From Nocardioidaceae bacterium (GTDB lineage Bacteria; Actinomycetota; Actinomycetes; Propionibacteriales; Nocardioidaceae), in assembly GCA_035249775.1 (NCBI GenBank), contig DATFGA010000295.1, positions 1 to 54,261 on the forward strand: a stretch of 54,261 nucleotides of DNA, in the 5' to 3' direction. Below the pieces are notes generated by a model. That model was not told the origin of the DNA. It worked only from the letters and a program-made list of their open reading frames with translations, and did no database searches. The translations under genes and the position numbers were made by a program. Below, one piece after another: positions 19,583 to 30,479 of the stretch (position 1 is the stretch's first letter; each line of letters begins with the position of its first letter).

Positions 19583-19605
19583 GCCGACTGGGCCAGAGTC
19601 GAGAG

Positions 19606-19634
19606 GCGCCCCACCGTTCAGATCGGTGGGGCGC
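19606..19634. terminator. Hairpin terminator between convergent genes
   Basis: GCGCCCCACCG / CGGTGGGGCGC perfect 11-bp stem. Confidence 0.7.
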
Positions 19635-19644
19635 TGTCGCGTCG

Positions 19645-21651
19645 TTACCCGGCGAGCCGCTTGAGGGCGTTGAGCACGATCGACCGGTCGGTGGTCGGCC
19701 ACATCGGTGGCAGCGACGCGCGGAGGAAGCTGCCGTAGCGCTGGGTGACCAGCCGGGGGTCGAGCACCGCGACCACACCCTTGTCGTCGGTGGTCCGGAT
19801 CAGCCGCCCGGCTCCCTGGGCGAGCAGCAGCGCGGCATGGGTCGCGGCCACCGCCATGAACCCGTTGCCGCCGGCCTTGTCGGCCGCGCGCTGGCGGGCC
19901 GACATCAGCGGGTCGTCGGGGCGTGGGAACGGGATCCGGTCGATCATCACCAGCTGGCACGTCTCCCCGGGTACGTCGAGCCCTTGCCACAGGCTGAGCG
20001 TGCCGAACAGGCAGGCGTGCGGGTCCTCGACGAACAGCCGCGCCAGCTCGGGCAGCTGCGCCTCGCCCTGGGCCAGGATCGTGAGGTGCGGCAGCCGTTC
20101 CCGGACCGCCTCGGCTGCCGTCTCGGCGGCGCGACGGCTGGAGAACAGGCCGAGGGTCCGGCCGTCGGCGGCGTCGACCAGGTCCACGATCTCGTCGATC
20201 TGGGCCGGACCGAGCCCGTCGCGGCCCGGTGGTGGCAGGTGCTGGGCGACGTAGAGGATCGCCTGCTTGCCGTAGTCGAACGGTGAGCCGACGTCGATCC
20301 CCCGCCACGGCATCGCGTCGGTGTCCGTGTCCGGCTCGGCCGGGGCCTCGCCCAGCGAGTGGTCGACCCGTTCGCTGGGCTTGAGGCCGATGCTGGTGGC
20401 CACGTTGTCGAAGTCGCCGCCGAGCATCAGGGTGGCGCTGGTGAAGACCACGGTCTTCTCGCTCAGCAGCTTGTCGCGCAGCGGACCCCACACCTGGAGC
20501 GGCGCGACGCAGAGCTGGTTGCCGCCGCGGTTGCGTTCGCGCTCGGCCAGCCAGATCACGTCGGACTCGACGTGGGCGGCCATCCGCTCTGCGGTCTTGT
20601 AGATCTCCTGGACCCAGCCCCGCGCCTGCGTGCGCCCCGGGTCGGCGTCGCCGTCGGACGAGGACTCCTTGGGGAAGGCCGAGATCAGCGCCCGCGCCGC
20701 GTCCCGGACCAGCACCAGCGCGTCGGCCAGGCCGGTCGGCAGCGTGTCGAGGCGGCCGGGGGCACAGTCGTCGTAGGCGTCGCGCAGGGCGTCCGCGGCG
20801 TCGGTGAGGTCGTCGGCCTCGGACCCGTCGATGTGCTTCTGGGCCCGTTTCGCCGCGCGCTCGACGTCCGGCACGGACAGCTCGTCGGTGGCGGCCTGGG
20901 TCACCCGTGCGGACAGCTCGTGGGCCTCGTCGATCACCACCACGTCGTACTCGGGGATCATCGGGACGCCCTCGATCGCGTCGATCGCGAGCAGCGAGTG
21001 GTTGGTGACGATGACGTCGGAGTGGGCGGCCTTCTCCTTCGCGCGCTCGGCGAAGCACTCCTGGGCGTAGGGGCACTTGGTCGCGCCGAGGCACTCGCGG
21101 TGATTGACCGAGACCTGTCGCCACAGCTTGTCGGTGTGCTTGGGCGCCGAGTCCCGGTCGCCGGTGCCGCCGTTGCCGGTCTCCTTCTCGGCCCACGCCC
21201 GCAGCTTGAGCACCTCGGCGCCCATCGTGCCCTCGGGGATGTCGACCAGCGCGCCCTGGTCATCGGGCACGCCCTCGCGGATCCGGTGCAGGCAGGCGTA
21301 GTTCGAGCGGCCCTTGAGTACGGCGTAGGTGGCGTCCTTGCCGAGGACATGGTCGGCGGCCTCGAGCAGCGCCGGGATGTCGCGCTCGACGAGCTGGTGC
21401 TGCAGCGCCAGGGTCGCGGTCGCGATCACCACCCGCTTGTCGTGGAGCAGGGCCGGGACCAGGTAACCGAGTGACTTGCCGGTGCCGGTGCCGGCCTGGA
21501 CGAGCAGGTGCTCGTGCTGCTCCATCGCCCGGGCGACCGCCTCGGCCATCTGGATCTGGCCGGGACGTTCCTGGCCGCCGAGCGCCTCGACCGCACCGGC
21601 CAGCACCTCCTTGACCGGAGGGGTGGCAGTTCGGGCGGGGGTTTGCGGCAC
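19645..21651 (-). CDS. dinG: ATP-dependent DNA helicase DinG/YoaA family
   Basis: RPGQ Q-motif, AGTGTGKS, Fe-S cysteines, DEAH, TSATL, QGAGRLIR. Confidence 0.9.
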   Translation of the reverse strand: MPQTPARTATPPVKEVLAGAVEALGGQERPGQIQMAEAVARAMEQHEHLLVQAGTGTGKSLGYLVPALLHDKRVVIATATLALQHQLVERDIPALLEAADHVLGKDATYAVLKGRSNYACLHRIREGVPDDQGALVDIPEGTMGAEVLKLRAWAEKETGNGGTGDRDSAPKHTDKLWRQVSVNHRECLGATKCPYAQECFAERAKEKAAHSDVIVTNHSLLAIDAIEGVPMIPEYDVVVIDEAHELSARVTQAATDELSVPDVERAAKRAQKHIDGSEADDLTDAADALRDAYDDCAPGRLDTLPTGLADALVLVRDAARALISAFPKESSSDGDADPGRTQARGWVQEIYKTAERMAAHVESDVIWLAERERNRGGNQLCVAPLQVWGPLRDKLLSEKTVVFTSATLMLGGDFDNVATSIGLKPSERVDHSLGEAPAEPDTDTDAMPWRGIDVGSPFDYGKQAILYVAQHLPPPGRDGLGPAQIDEIVDLVDAADGRTLGLFSSRRAAETAAEAVRERLPHLTILAQGEAQLPELARLFVEDPHACLFGTLSLWQGLDVPGETCQLVMIDRIPFPRPDDPLMSARQRAADKAGGNGFMAVAATHAALLLAQGAGRLIRTTDDKGVVAVLDPRLVTQRYGSFLRASLPPMWPTTDRSIVLNALKRLAG

Positions 21652-21804
21652 CGCAGAACCCTACCTACTCGGACCGACATCGCGTGCCCGTCCTCCACAG
21701 GTCGGCCGGACTGTCGTCGTTCGCCCCCGTTTGTGGATCTACCCGGTCCCTACGGCGCGGGTCTATGGTGACCCACATCACGCCGTCGAGGACAGGAGTC
21801 GAGC

Positions 21805-23307
21805 ATGACGATGGAACGCCGCACACTTCTCAAGGGCAGCGCCGCAGCCGCCACCGCAACGGCCTTGGGGGGCCCGTTCGCCGGCTTCGCCAACGCCCCT
21901 GCCGGTGGTGCGGTGCGTGGCGAGCGCCGCGGCAAGCTGGTCCCGATCAAGGACCTGCGCGACGGGAAGGTGCGGTTGCACCTGCCCGAGGGGTTCCGCT
22001 ACCGGTCGTTCCACGACACCGGCGCGGGGACCGTGAAACTCGACGACGGCACCATCCTGCCCGGCAACCACGACGGGATGGGCGCCTTCCGCGGGGACGG
22101 CAACGAGGTGGTGCTGGTCCGAAACCACGAGCTGAACAACCCGGAGCCGAAGGATCCGGAGGAGCCGAACGCCCCAGAGCCCCCTCCGTACGAGTCGTTC
22201 GGCGGCCCCGGGGCGCCGGACCCGTACGACGACGGAGCCCGCGGGGGCACCACGACGATCCACGTCAGCCGCGACGGCGACGTGAAGAAGGCCTACACCA
22301 GCCTGCACGGCACGCTGATGAACTGCAGCGGCGGGGTGATGCCGTGGGGCAGCTGGATCACGTGCGAGGAGACGATCAACGGACCGGACGTGGGGCCGGA
22401 CTTCACCGGCGCGTCCAACGTTCCGCTGCAGAGGCCGCACGGTTACGTGTTCGAGGTTCCTGCCGGCGGCCACGGTGACGCGCGGCCGATCACCATGGCA
22501 GGACGGTTCGCTCACGAGGCGGTCTCGTTCGACCCGGTCGGCGGCGCGCTCTACCTGACCGAGGACAACTTCGGTTTCGCCTCCGGGTTCTACCGCTACA
22601 CGCCCCGGCACAACCCGATGCGAAGCGGTCACCTGGACAACTACGGCAAGCTCGAGATGCTCGCGGTGCAGGGGCGCCCGAACCTGCACCTCGAGGGCGA
22701 GCAGCGGCGCGGGAAGACCTACAAGGTGAAGTGGGTCCCGATCAAGGACCCGAACATCGTGTACGAATACCAGCCCGGCAAGGAGGCGTCGACGTCCAAC
22801 AACGACGCGATCCGCTATGTCGGTGACCAGGGACGAGCGCTCGGGGCGGCGTACTTCTCCCGGCTGGAGGGTCAGGTCTACGACGACCGCATCGTCTACT
22901 TCACCTCCACCCAGGGTGGCGGACCGGAGGAGGAGTCCGACGAGAACTCCGGCGGTTACGGTCAGGGGTTCGGGCAGGTGTGGGCCTACGACACCCGCAG
23001 GGAGACGCTGACCTGCGTCTACCAGTCCCCCGGCCCGGAGGTGCTGGACTTCCCCGACAACGTGACCACGTCGCCGCGCGGGACGCTGGTGCTGTGCGAG
23101 GACCACAGCGACCAGAACTTCCTGCGCACCCTCACGCAGGGAGGCCGGATCCGCGACCTCGCGCTGAACTCGATCCCCGGCCTGGAGGATGCCGAGTTCG
23201 CCGGGTCGACGTTCAGCCACAACGGCCGGACGCTGTTCGTCAACATCCAGGACGAGGCCGGGATGACGTTCGCGATCTGGGGCCCCTGGGGCAGGGCCGG
23301 GGTCTGA
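21805..23307 (+). CDS. phoX: Tat-secreted PhoX (DUF839) alkaline phosphatase
   Basis: ERRTLLK Tat motif, HDGMGAF, RNHE, NCSGG, TCEE, GRFAHEA, PDN, EFAGSTF, NIQ. Confidence 0.88.
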   Translation: MTMERRTLLKGSAAAATATALGGPFAGFANAPAGGAVRGERRGKLVPIKDLRDGKVRLHLPEGFRYRSFHDTGAGTVKLDDGTILPGNHDGMGAFRGDGNEVVLVRNHELNNPEPKDPEEPNAPEPPPYESFGGPGAPDPYDDGARGGTTTIHVSRDGDVKKAYTSLHGTLMNCSGGVMPWGSWITCEETINGPDVGPDFTGASNVPLQRPHGYVFEVPAGGHGDARPITMAGRFAHEAVSFDPVGGALYLTEDNFGFASGFYRYTPRHNPMRSGHLDNYGKLEMLAVQGRPNLHLEGEQRRGKTYKVKWVPIKDPNIVYEYQPGKEASTSNNDAIRYVGDQGRALGAAYFSRLEGQVYDDRIVYFTSTQGGGPEEESDENSGGYGQGFGQVWAYDTRRETLTCVYQSPGPEVLDFPDNVTTSPRGTLVLCEDHSDQNFLRTLTQGGRIRDLALNSIPGLEDAEFAGSTFSHNGRTLFVNIQDEAGMTFAIWGPWGRAGV

Positions 23308-23328
23308 CCCGCAGGCCGGAGCGGTCCG

Positions 23329-25614
23329 CTACAGGACCGCTCCGGAGTCCTGCGGGTCGCGGACCTGCCGCTTGACCTTGGCCTTCTGGGCCGAGGCCAT
23401 CGGCCACCGCTGATGCAGCATCACCGACAGCGGCGTCGCGGTGAACACCGACGAGTAGGTGCCGATGATCAGGCCGAGCAGCAGTGCGATCGCGAAGTCC
23501 TGGAGCGAGTCACCACCGAGCACCGCGAGCGCGGCGAGGATGAACATCGTGCCCAGCCCGGTGTTCACCGTGCGCGGCATGGTCTCGAGCACTGCGTCGT
23601 TGGACACCTTGGAGAAGTCTCCGCCGTGGCTGGCCGCCCACTTCTCGCGGACCCGGTCGAACACCACCACCGAGTCGTTGACCGAAAGACCGACGATGGT
23701 CAGCGCCGCGGCCAGGAACACGCCGTCGATGGGCTTGCCGAGCCAGGCGAAGATGCCGACCACGAGCACCACGTCGTGGAACATCGCGGCGACCGCGGAC
23801 GCACCGATGGTCCACTTGAACCGGATCGCCAGATAGATCATCTGCGCGATCAGCGCGATCCCGAACGCGATCAGCGCCTTGTTGCGCAGCTCGTCGCCGA
23901 GGCTCGGGCCGATCAGCTCGTCGCGCTGCTTGGTGGCTCCACCGGCTTCGTCGCCGATCGCCTCCTGGATGTCGACCACGTCCTGGTTGGTGATCTGGCC
24001 GGTGCGGACGGTGATCTTGTCGCCGTCGGACTCCTGGACCACCGCGCTCGGGAAGCCGGCGTCGGCTACCGCGGCACGCGCAGCATCTGCAGTGATCGGA
24101 CGGCTGGTGGAGTACTCCATCAACCGGCCGCCGGTGAACTCGACACCCAGGTTCAGGCCGTTCAGGAAGATACCGAGGACTGCGATCACCAGAGCCACCG
24201 CTGACGCGCCGAGCCACATCTTGCTCCGGCCCATGATGTCGGGGTTCCAGCGCCGCAGTGCGTCGCGGACCCGGCCGGTGCTAGCCAGGCCGCTGACCTG
24301 GGGGTGCTTCTGCAGCCAGCCGAGGCGTACGGCCTGCTCGGTCAGCACCCGAGCGACGATCAGCGCCGAGATCATCGAGGCGAGGACACCGATGGACAGC
24401 GTGACACCGAAGCCCTTGACCGGTCCGGAGGCGAGGAAGAACAGCAGCGCCGCGGCCAGCAACGTGGTCACGTTGGAGTCGATGATGGCGGTCCAGGCCT
24501 TGTTGAAGCCGACCGCGAGCGCGTTCGGAAGCCGGCCCCTCTCGGTGTCGGTGTACTCCTCCCGCGCTCGCTCGAAGACCAGCACGTTCGCGTCGATGGC
24601 CATGCCGATGGCGAGCACGAAGCCGGCGAGACCGGGCAGGGTCAGCGTTGCGCCCAGCGCGGTCAGCGCGGCGAACGAGATCACGGCGTAGGTGGCGAGT
24701 GCGAAGGTTGCCAGGACACCCATCAGCCGGTAGGCGATCGCGATGAAGAGGCCGGTGAGGATCAGGCCGATGATGCCGGCCTGGACGGAGGCGTCGATGG
24801 CGTCGGCACCGAGCGTGGGGCCGACGGTGCGCTGCTCGATGATCTCCACCGGCACCGGCAGGGCACCGCCCTCGATGAGGATCGCGAGCTGCTCGGCCTC
24901 CTCGAAGCTGAAGTCGCCGGTGATCTGGGTGGAGCCGCCCGGCATGCCGACGTTGCAGGCGATGCTCGCCACCACCTGCGGCGAGGAGATGATCTGGTTG
25001 TCGAGCAGGATCGCGATCCGGCGGGCCGGGGAGCCGAGTGGGGCGCAGGCGGCGTCGGCGGTCAGCTGCCGCCAGGCGTCGCGGCCCTCGCCCTTGAAGT
25101 CGACCGTGACGAACCAACCGGTGGCGGTCGCGGGGTCGTTGCCGGGCTCGGACCCCTCGACCAGGTTGCCGGGGACCGCGACCGGGCCGAGCTTGAGCAG
25201 CTGACCGTCCTCGTCCGGGTAGATCCGCTTCGCCGGATCCGGCTCGGTCTGGTTCGGCCCGGCCAGCCCGACGACCGGGTGGAAGCTGAGCTGCGCGGTC
25301 CGACCGATGACCTCGGCCGCCTCACGCGGGTCCTGGAGACCGGGCAGCTCGACGATGATCCGGTTCTCACCCGCCCGGGCGAGCGTCGGCTCGGCCACGC
25401 CGAGGGCGTCGACGCGACCGCGGAGCACCTCGAGCGTGCGGTCGGTCGCCTCTGCGTCGGCCTCGACGGTCGGCGAGTCCTGGGTCTCGAGCACGATCTG
25501 GGTGCCGCCCTTGAGGTCCAGCCCGAGCTTCGGCGTGGCCTGCACCGCGATGGCGACGGACCCGCCCAGGATCAGCAGGGCAAGGATCAAACGGGTGAGG
25601 GCAGCACGCGACAT
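23329..25614 (-). CDS. secDF: Fused protein translocase SecDF
   Basis: LGLDLKGG, VGPTLG, GMAIDANVLVFER, then the SecF half LGVEFTGG and SVNDSVVVFDR. Confidence 0.93.
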   Translation of the reverse strand: MSRAALTRLILALLILGGSVAIAVQATPKLGLDLKGGTQIVLETQDSPTVEADAEATDRTLEVLRGRVDALGVAEPTLARAGENRIIVELPGLQDPREAAEVIGRTAQLSFHPVVGLAGPNQTEPDPAKRIYPDEDGQLLKLGPVAVPGNLVEGSEPGNDPATATGWFVTVDFKGEGRDAWRQLTADAACAPLGSPARRIAILLDNQIISSPQVVASIACNVGMPGGSTQITGDFSFEEAEQLAILIEGGALPVPVEIIEQRTVGPTLGADAIDASVQAGIIGLILTGLFIAIAYRLMGVLATFALATYAVISFAALTALGATLTLPGLAGFVLAIGMAIDANVLVFERAREEYTDTERGRLPNALAVGFNKAWTAIIDSNVTTLLAAALLFFLASGPVKGFGVTLSIGVLASMISALIVARVLTEQAVRLGWLQKHPQVSGLASTGRVRDALRRWNPDIMGRSKMWLGASAVALVIAVLGIFLNGLNLGVEFTGGRLMEYSTSRPITADAARAAVADAGFPSAVVQESDGDKITVRTGQITNQDVVDIQEAIGDEAGGATKQRDELIGPSLGDELRNKALIAFGIALIAQMIYLAIRFKWTIGASAVAAMFHDVVLVVGIFAWLGKPIDGVFLAAALTIVGLSVNDSVVVFDRVREKWAASHGGDFSKVSNDAVLETMPRTVNTGLGTMFILAALAVLGGDSLQDFAIALLLGLIIGTYSSVFTATPLSVMLHQRWPMASAQKAKVKRQVRDPQDSGAVL

Positions 25615-25670
25615 GGGTACATCGTCCCCTATGACCCCCTCCCTCTCCCAAACGGAGTGGTACCGGCGCG

Positions 25671-26336
25671 TCAGATCCTGACGGAGTCCCCTGGTCTGAC
25701 CAGGCCGGTCTCGTAGGCCAGCACGACCACCTGCACCCGCGTCCGGAGCCCCAGCTTGGCGAGGATCCGGTTCACGTGGGTCTTCACGGTGGCCTCGGCG
25801 ACGACCAGCTCGGAGGCGATCTCGTCGTTCGACCGGCCCCGTGCGATCAGCGCGCACACCTCGAGCTCCCGCTCGGTCAGCTCGCGGAGCGCAGGGGGTA
25901 CGCCGGTGTTGGGCGCGGGCCGCCGGACATGCTCCTCGATCAGCCGTCGGGTCAGCGTCGGGGCGAGCAGCGACTCCCCTGCGGCAACGGTCTCGACGCC
26001 CGCAACCAGCCGGTCCGGCGGGGTCGCCTTGAGCAGGAAGCCGGCGGCTCCCGCTCGGAGTGCTCCGTAGACGTAGTGGTCGAGGTCGTAGGTGGTGAGC
26101 ACCAGGACCCGCGACGGTACGCCGGCCTCGGTCAGCTCACGAGTGGCGGCGATCCCGTCGAGGACTGGCATCCGGATGTCCATCAGCACGACGTCCGGCT
26201 GCGTGCGTCGTACGACCTCGACGGCCTGACGCCCATCCGCCGCCTCACCGACGACGTCGCAGCCGCGCGCCTCCAGCACCATCGCCAGTCCGGAGCGGAC
26301 CAGATCCTGGTCGTCGGCGATGACCACGCTGGTCAA
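25671..26336 (-). CDS. NarL/LuxR family response regulator
   Basis: ADDQ, DVVLMDIRMP, C-terminal LuxR HTH. Confidence 0.93.
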   Translation of the reverse strand: MTSVVIADDQDLVRSGLAMVLEARGCDVVGEAADGRQAVEVVRRTQPDVVLMDIRMPVLDGIAATRELTEAGVPSRVLVLTTYDLDHYVYGALRAGAAGFLLKATPPDRLVAGVETVAAGESLLAPTLTRRLIEEHVRRPAPNTGVPPALRELTERELEVCALIARGRSNDEIASELVVAEATVKTHVNRILAKLGLRTRVQVVVLAYETGLVRPGDSVRI

Positions 26337-27457
26337 GCCGGTTCTCCCGAGGCCGTGATCGGCAGCGTGGCGGTGAGCTCGAACCGACCGTCGCCGGTCA
26401 GGCCGTGACTCAGGGTGCCGCCGAACAGGGAGACCCGCTCGGCCATCCCGAGCAGGCCGAGTCCACTGCCCCCGATGTGCCCCTGCCCCGCAGTGTTCGC
26501 GGTGCTGATCGAGAGCTGGTGCGGTGTGCTGGCCAGACGGAGGGAAGCGGTCGCGTCCGCGGCGTACTTCAGCGCGTTGGTCAGCGCCTCCTGGACGATC
26601 CGGTACGCCGACAGGTCCACCCCGACCGGGAGCGGACGGATCGGCCCGTCGATGTCGAGGTCGATGACCAGGCCGTTGCCGCGGAAGCTCTCCACCAGCT
26701 CGGGAAGCCGATCCAGGCCGGGAGCCGGCATCAGCCCGAGCTCGTCTGCGTCGTCACGGATGACGTGCAGCAGCCGACCGGTGTCGGCCAGGGCGCGCCG
26801 ACCGGTAGAGGCAACCTCTTGCAACGCCGCCGCGGCACGGTAAGGGTCAGTGCGGACCAGGTCCTCCGCGGCCGCCGTCTGCACCACCATCGCGCTGAGG
26901 GAGTGCGCGATCACGTCGTGGAGGTCGCGCGCGATCCGGTCCCGCTCCGCGCGGACCGCCTCCTCGCGGATCCACTTTTGACGACGCTCCAGTTGCTCAC
27001 TCTGGAGCGCCAGCCTGCGGGTGATCCGCCCGAACACGAACGGCGGCAGCAGCAGCGCGGACACGAAGACGAAGTCGGAGAAGTCGTGCGACCGCTGGTC
27101 GACGACGGAGTAGTCGACCAGCAGGAGCAGTGCCATGACCAGCATCCCGATCAGTCCGCGAAGGTCGAGCAACCAACGCGCCAGTGAGTACGCGGCGAGA
27201 GCGGCGATCAGGATCGGCGTAGCCGGCTCGTCCAGCTGCGGGCCGACCCACGGGATGGCCAGGTTGAGGACCGCGGCGAGGGTGCACGCAAGCAGAGGCA
27301 GTGCCCGACGCCAGACGAGCAAGAGGCACGCCGCCGACTCCAGCGTGATCCCGAGACCCCACCCGGCAGGTCTCAGGGCATAGAGCTCCACGGCCCCCAG
27401 GACTGCGATGGCGACCGGCAGCAACGCGTCCCGCAGCAGCGCTCGTCGCGATGTCAT
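26333..27457 (-). CDS. Sensor histidine kinase (HisKA_3)
   Basis: ERDRIARDLHDVIAH, QEALTNALKY, GLGLLGMAER, N-terminal TMs. Confidence 0.92.
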   Translation of the reverse strand: MTSRRALLRDALLPVAIAVLGAVELYALRPAGWGLGITLESAACLLLVWRRALPLLACTLAAVLNLAIPWVGPQLDEPATPILIAALAAYSLARWLLDLRGLIGMLVMALLLLVDYSVVDQRSHDFSDFVFVSALLLPPFVFGRITRRLALQSEQLERRQKWIREEAVRAERDRIARDLHDVIAHSLSAMVVQTAAAEDLVRTDPYRAAAALQEVASTGRRALADTGRLLHVIRDDADELGLMPAPGLDRLPELVESFRGNGLVIDLDIDGPIRPLPVGVDLSAYRIVQEALTNALKYAADATASLRLASTPHQLSISTANTAGQGHIGGSGLGLLGMAERVSLFGGTLSHGLTGDGRFELTATLPITASGEPA

Positions 27458-27491
27458 TGGCTGAGATTACTGCGCCCGAAGGCCCGACGCG

Positions 27492-27507
27492 TCCACCTTT
27501 GGGTGGA
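27492..27507. promoter_or_regulatory. Palindrome, candidate response-regulator site
   Basis: TCCACC-TTTG-GGTGGA between the kinase and the divergent membrane gene. Confidence 0.4.
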
Positions 27508-27611
27508 GATGGGTCAGACCCTGGAGTGGACGCGCTCGAGGGTGCCTGCTTCCTATCGTCGAATCGCGGGACCGGCGAGGGGTCGGTCCGATCGTGACAG
27601 GAGCTCCATCG

Positions 27612-28385
27612 ATGAACGCTTCACCGCACACGCAGCAGCTCGTTGCCAGGTTTGCGCTGGCCATGGCGATCTTCGCGACCATCGCGGGGCAGCTGCATGC
27701 GCTGGCCCGCTTCGAGACCGTCGACGGCAGGGAGGATCTCGAGCTGCCGCTGACCCGTGCATGGGCCGAGCCGGCCGCGGACCTCCTCCGCCCGCTGCTC
27801 GACTGGGCCGGGGCCGACACCGTCTACCTGACCTACGGCAAGATCTGGTTCCCGGTCTTCGCCGCGTTCACCCTCGCGGCGTTCGTGGTCTACCAGCGCC
27901 GGCGGCCGGTCGGGTTCGAGAAGTGGGCGTTCCGGGTGGCGTTGACGGGGTACGTCGTCGCCACCGCCTCGACCTTCGGGGAGTACTACACCCCGTACCT
28001 CGACGAGTCGTTCCTCTTCCTCGGACTGCCCGGCCTGCTCATGACCGCTCTCGGTTCGACTGCACTCGGCATCGCCCAACTGAGGAACCGGTCCCGGCCG
28101 ATGGTGACCGCGATCCTGCTCGTCGCCTTCATCCCGCTCGTGCTCGCGATCACCGAGGTCACCTCGATGGGCAACGCCGCACTGCCGCTGGCGTGGGCCT
28201 GGGCGTTCGCGGTCCGCAGGGTCGGCAGCGGGCCACAAGCTCAGTCCGTGGTGCTGAACGCCGCGTCGAAGGCGGCCGCGGGCGCGTCGAACGCGAGCCG
28301 GCGGACGAACTCCAGCGCCTCGGGCGCACCGACCAGCCGGTCCATCCCGGCGTCCTCCCACTCCACAGAGATCGGGCCGGTGTAG
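27612..28385 (+). CDS. Hypothetical multi-TM protein, probable two-component target
   Basis: AGGAG SD and about 6 TM segments. The 3' end overlaps the convergent gene by 145 bp. Confidence 0.7.
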   Translation: MNASPHTQQLVARFALAMAIFATIAGQLHALARFETVDGREDLELPLTRAWAEPAADLLRPLLDWAGADTVYLTYGKIWFPVFAAFTLAAFVVYQRRRPVGFEKWAFRVALTGYVVATASTFGEYYTPYLDESFLFLGLPGLLMTALGSTALGIAQLRNRSRPMVTAILLVAFIPLVLAITEVTSMGNAALPLAWAWAFAVRRVGSGPQAQSVVLNAASKAAAGASNASRRTNSSASGAPTSRSIPASSHSTEIGPV

Positions 28386-29248
28386 CCGATCGTGTTGAGC
28401 ATCCGGAAGCACGCCTCCCAGGGCACGTCCCCGTGACCGGTGGACACGAAGTCCCAGCCGCGCCGGGGGTCGGCCCAGGGCAGGTGCGAGGCCAGCCGGC
28501 CGTTGCGGCCGTTGCCGACCTGGACCTTGGCGTCCTTGCAGTCGACGTGGTAGATCCGGTCCTTGAAGTCCCAGATGAAGCCGACCGGGTCGAGGTCCTG
28601 CCAGATGAAGTGGCTGGGGTCCCAGTTCAGGCCGAACGCCTCGCGGTGCCCGATCGCCTCGAGGGTCCGGACCGTGGTCCAGTAGTCGTAGGCGATCTCC
28701 GAGGGGTGCACCTCGTGGGCGAACCGGACGCCGCACTCGTCGAACACGTCGAGGATCGGGTTCCACCGGTCCGCGAAGTCACGGTAGCCGGCCTCCACCA
28801 GCTCCTCGGTCACCGGCGGGAACATCGCGACGTACTTCCAGATCGACGAGCCGGTGAAGCCGACCACCACGTCGACACCGAGCCGTTGCGCGGTCCGCGC
28901 GGTCATCTTCATCTCCTCCGCGGCCCGCTGCCGGACGCCCTCGGCGTCGCCGTCGCCCCAGATCCGCGCCGGGAGGATCGCCTGGTGCCGGGCGTCGATC
29001 GGGTCGTCGCACACGGCCTGGCCCTTGAGATGATTCGAGATCGCGAAGAGCTTCAGGTTGTACTTCTCGAGGATGTCGAGCCGGTCCTGCACGTAGGCGT
29101 CGTCCTCGGCGGCCTTCCAGACGTCGAGGTGGTCGCCCCAGCAGGCGATCTCGAGGCCGTCGTAGCCCCACTCGCCCGCCAGCTCGCACACCTTCTCGAA
29201 CGGCAGGTCGGCCCACTGGCCGGTGAACAGCGTGATCGGTCGTGCCAT
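28241..29248 (-). CDS. Sugar phosphate isomerase/epimerase (xylose-isomerase-like TIM barrel, AP_endonuc_2)
   Basis: [41 protein letters not shown]. Confidence 0.88.
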   Translation of the reverse strand: MARPITLFTGQWADLPFEKVCELAGEWGYDGLEIACWGDHLDVWKAAEDDAYVQDRLDILEKYNLKLFAISNHLKGQAVCDDPIDARHQAILPARIWGDGDAEGVRQRAAEEMKMTARTAQRLGVDVVVGFTGSSIWKYVAMFPPVTEELVEAGYRDFADRWNPILDVFDECGVRFAHEVHPSEIAYDYWTTVRTLEAIGHREAFGLNWDPSHFIWQDLDPVGFIWDFKDRIYHVDCKDAKVQVGNGRNGRLASHLPWADPRRGWDFVSTGHGDVPWEACFRMLNTIGYTGPISVEWEDAGMDRLVGAPEALEFVRRLAFDAPAAAFDAAFSTTD

Positions 29249-29277
29249 CGGAAGTCCGTCCTTTTCCTGGTGAGTGG

Positions 29278-30441
29278 TCAGCGGGCGCCGAGCAGGTGCT
29301 CCATCGCGAGCTGGTCGAGCCGCTCGAAGCCCATGCCACGTGCGGCCATCGCCTCGATGTCGTGCTTCTCCTCGCGGAGGGTGGCGAGCGACTCCCCCGC
29401 CGCGAGGGTGGGTACGGCGAGCTCGTCGACCCGCGAGGCGGTGAGGGCCTCCTGCACCTCGGGATCGGCCCGGAAGGCCCGGACCCGGCTGCGCAGGATC
29501 AGGTAGTTGCGCATGCAGGCGCGTGCGCTCTCCCAGACCCCGTCCATGTCCTCGGTGCGCGGCGGCTTGAAGTCGAAGTGGACGTAGCCGTCGTACGCCC
29601 TGCCGGTCCCGGCACCCTCGATCGCGTCGACGGTCCAGAACGCACCGCGCAGGTTTCCGGCCCCGAACCGGAGGTCCTGGTCGTATCGAGGACCGTGCTG
29701 CCCGTTGAGGTCGATGTGGAACAGCTTGTCGTGCCACAGCGCCTGGGTGATTCCGTGCGCATAGTTCAGGCCGGCCATCTCCTCGTGCCCGACCTCCGGG
29801 TTGAGGCCGACCAGCTCGGGCCGGTCCAGCTCACCGATGAACGCCAGCGCGTGGCCGATCGTCGGCAGCAGGATGTCCCCGCGCGGCTCGTTCGGCTTGG
29901 GCTCGATCGCGAAGCGGATGTCGTAGCCCTGCTCGACGACGTACTCGCAGAGCAGGTTCATCGACTCGCGGTAGCGGTCCAGAGCTGCGGCGACGTCCTT
30001 CGACGCCCCGCTCTCGGCTCCCTCGCGGCCACCCCACAGCACGTAGGTGCCGGCACCGAGCTCGGCGGCCAGGTCCAGGTTGCGCAGCAGCTTCGACAGC
30101 GCGTAGCGGCGCACGTCCCGGTCGTTGGCGGTGAGCGCCCCCTCCTTGAAGGCAGCGTGGCCGAACAGGTTGGTGGTCGCCATCTCGACGTGCAGACCGG
30201 TGTCGGACAACGCCTTGGTGAACTTGTCCAGCGTGGTCTGCCGTTCGGTGTCGTCGGGCACCAGGTCGTCGTCGTGGAAGGTGACCGCCGCCGCCCCGAG
30301 CTCGGCCAGCCGGTGCACGGACTCGATCGGGTCGAGCGGGTCGCGCACGGCACCACCGAACACGTCCACGCCCTGCCAGCCGACGGTCCACAGCCCGAAC
30401 GAGAACCGGTCCTCGGGGGTGGGTGTGTAGCTGTCACTCAC
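29278..30441 (-). CDS. xylA: Xylose isomerase (class I)
   Basis: [59 protein letters not shown] start. Confidence 0.95.
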   Translation of the reverse strand: MSDSYTPTPEDRFSFGLWTVGWQGVDVFGGAVRDPLDPIESVHRLAELGAAAVTFHDDDLVPDDTERQTTLDKFTKALSDTGLHVEMATTNLFGHAAFKEGALTANDRDVRRYALSKLLRNLDLAAELGAGTYVLWGGREGAESGASKDVAAALDRYRESMNLLCEYVVEQGYDIRFAIEPKPNEPRGDILLPTIGHALAFIGELDRPELVGLNPEVGHEEMAGLNYAHGITQALWHDKLFHIDLNGQHGPRYDQDLRFGAGNLRGAFWTVDAIEGAGTGRAYDGYVHFDFKPPRTEDMDGVWESARACMRNYLILRSRVRAFRADPEVQEALTASRVDELAVPTLAAGESLATLREEKHDIEAMAARGMGFERLDQLAMEHLLGAR

Positions 30442-30479
30442 TGGACTACCTTCCTCGCGTTGGCAGGCACAGATGGCCT

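Noticed and set aside
25615-25670. ApdA-type arrest-peptide gene upstream of fused secDF
   Set aside because: Only 56 bp separate secDF from the response regulator, and no RAPP/RGPP-ending ORF is present.
30450-30475. Alternative IS110 left ends (ATG at 30473 or CT at 30450)
   Set aside because: They give no -10 at 17 bp in the circle and do not explain the four guide matches. The TG at 30442-43 does both.
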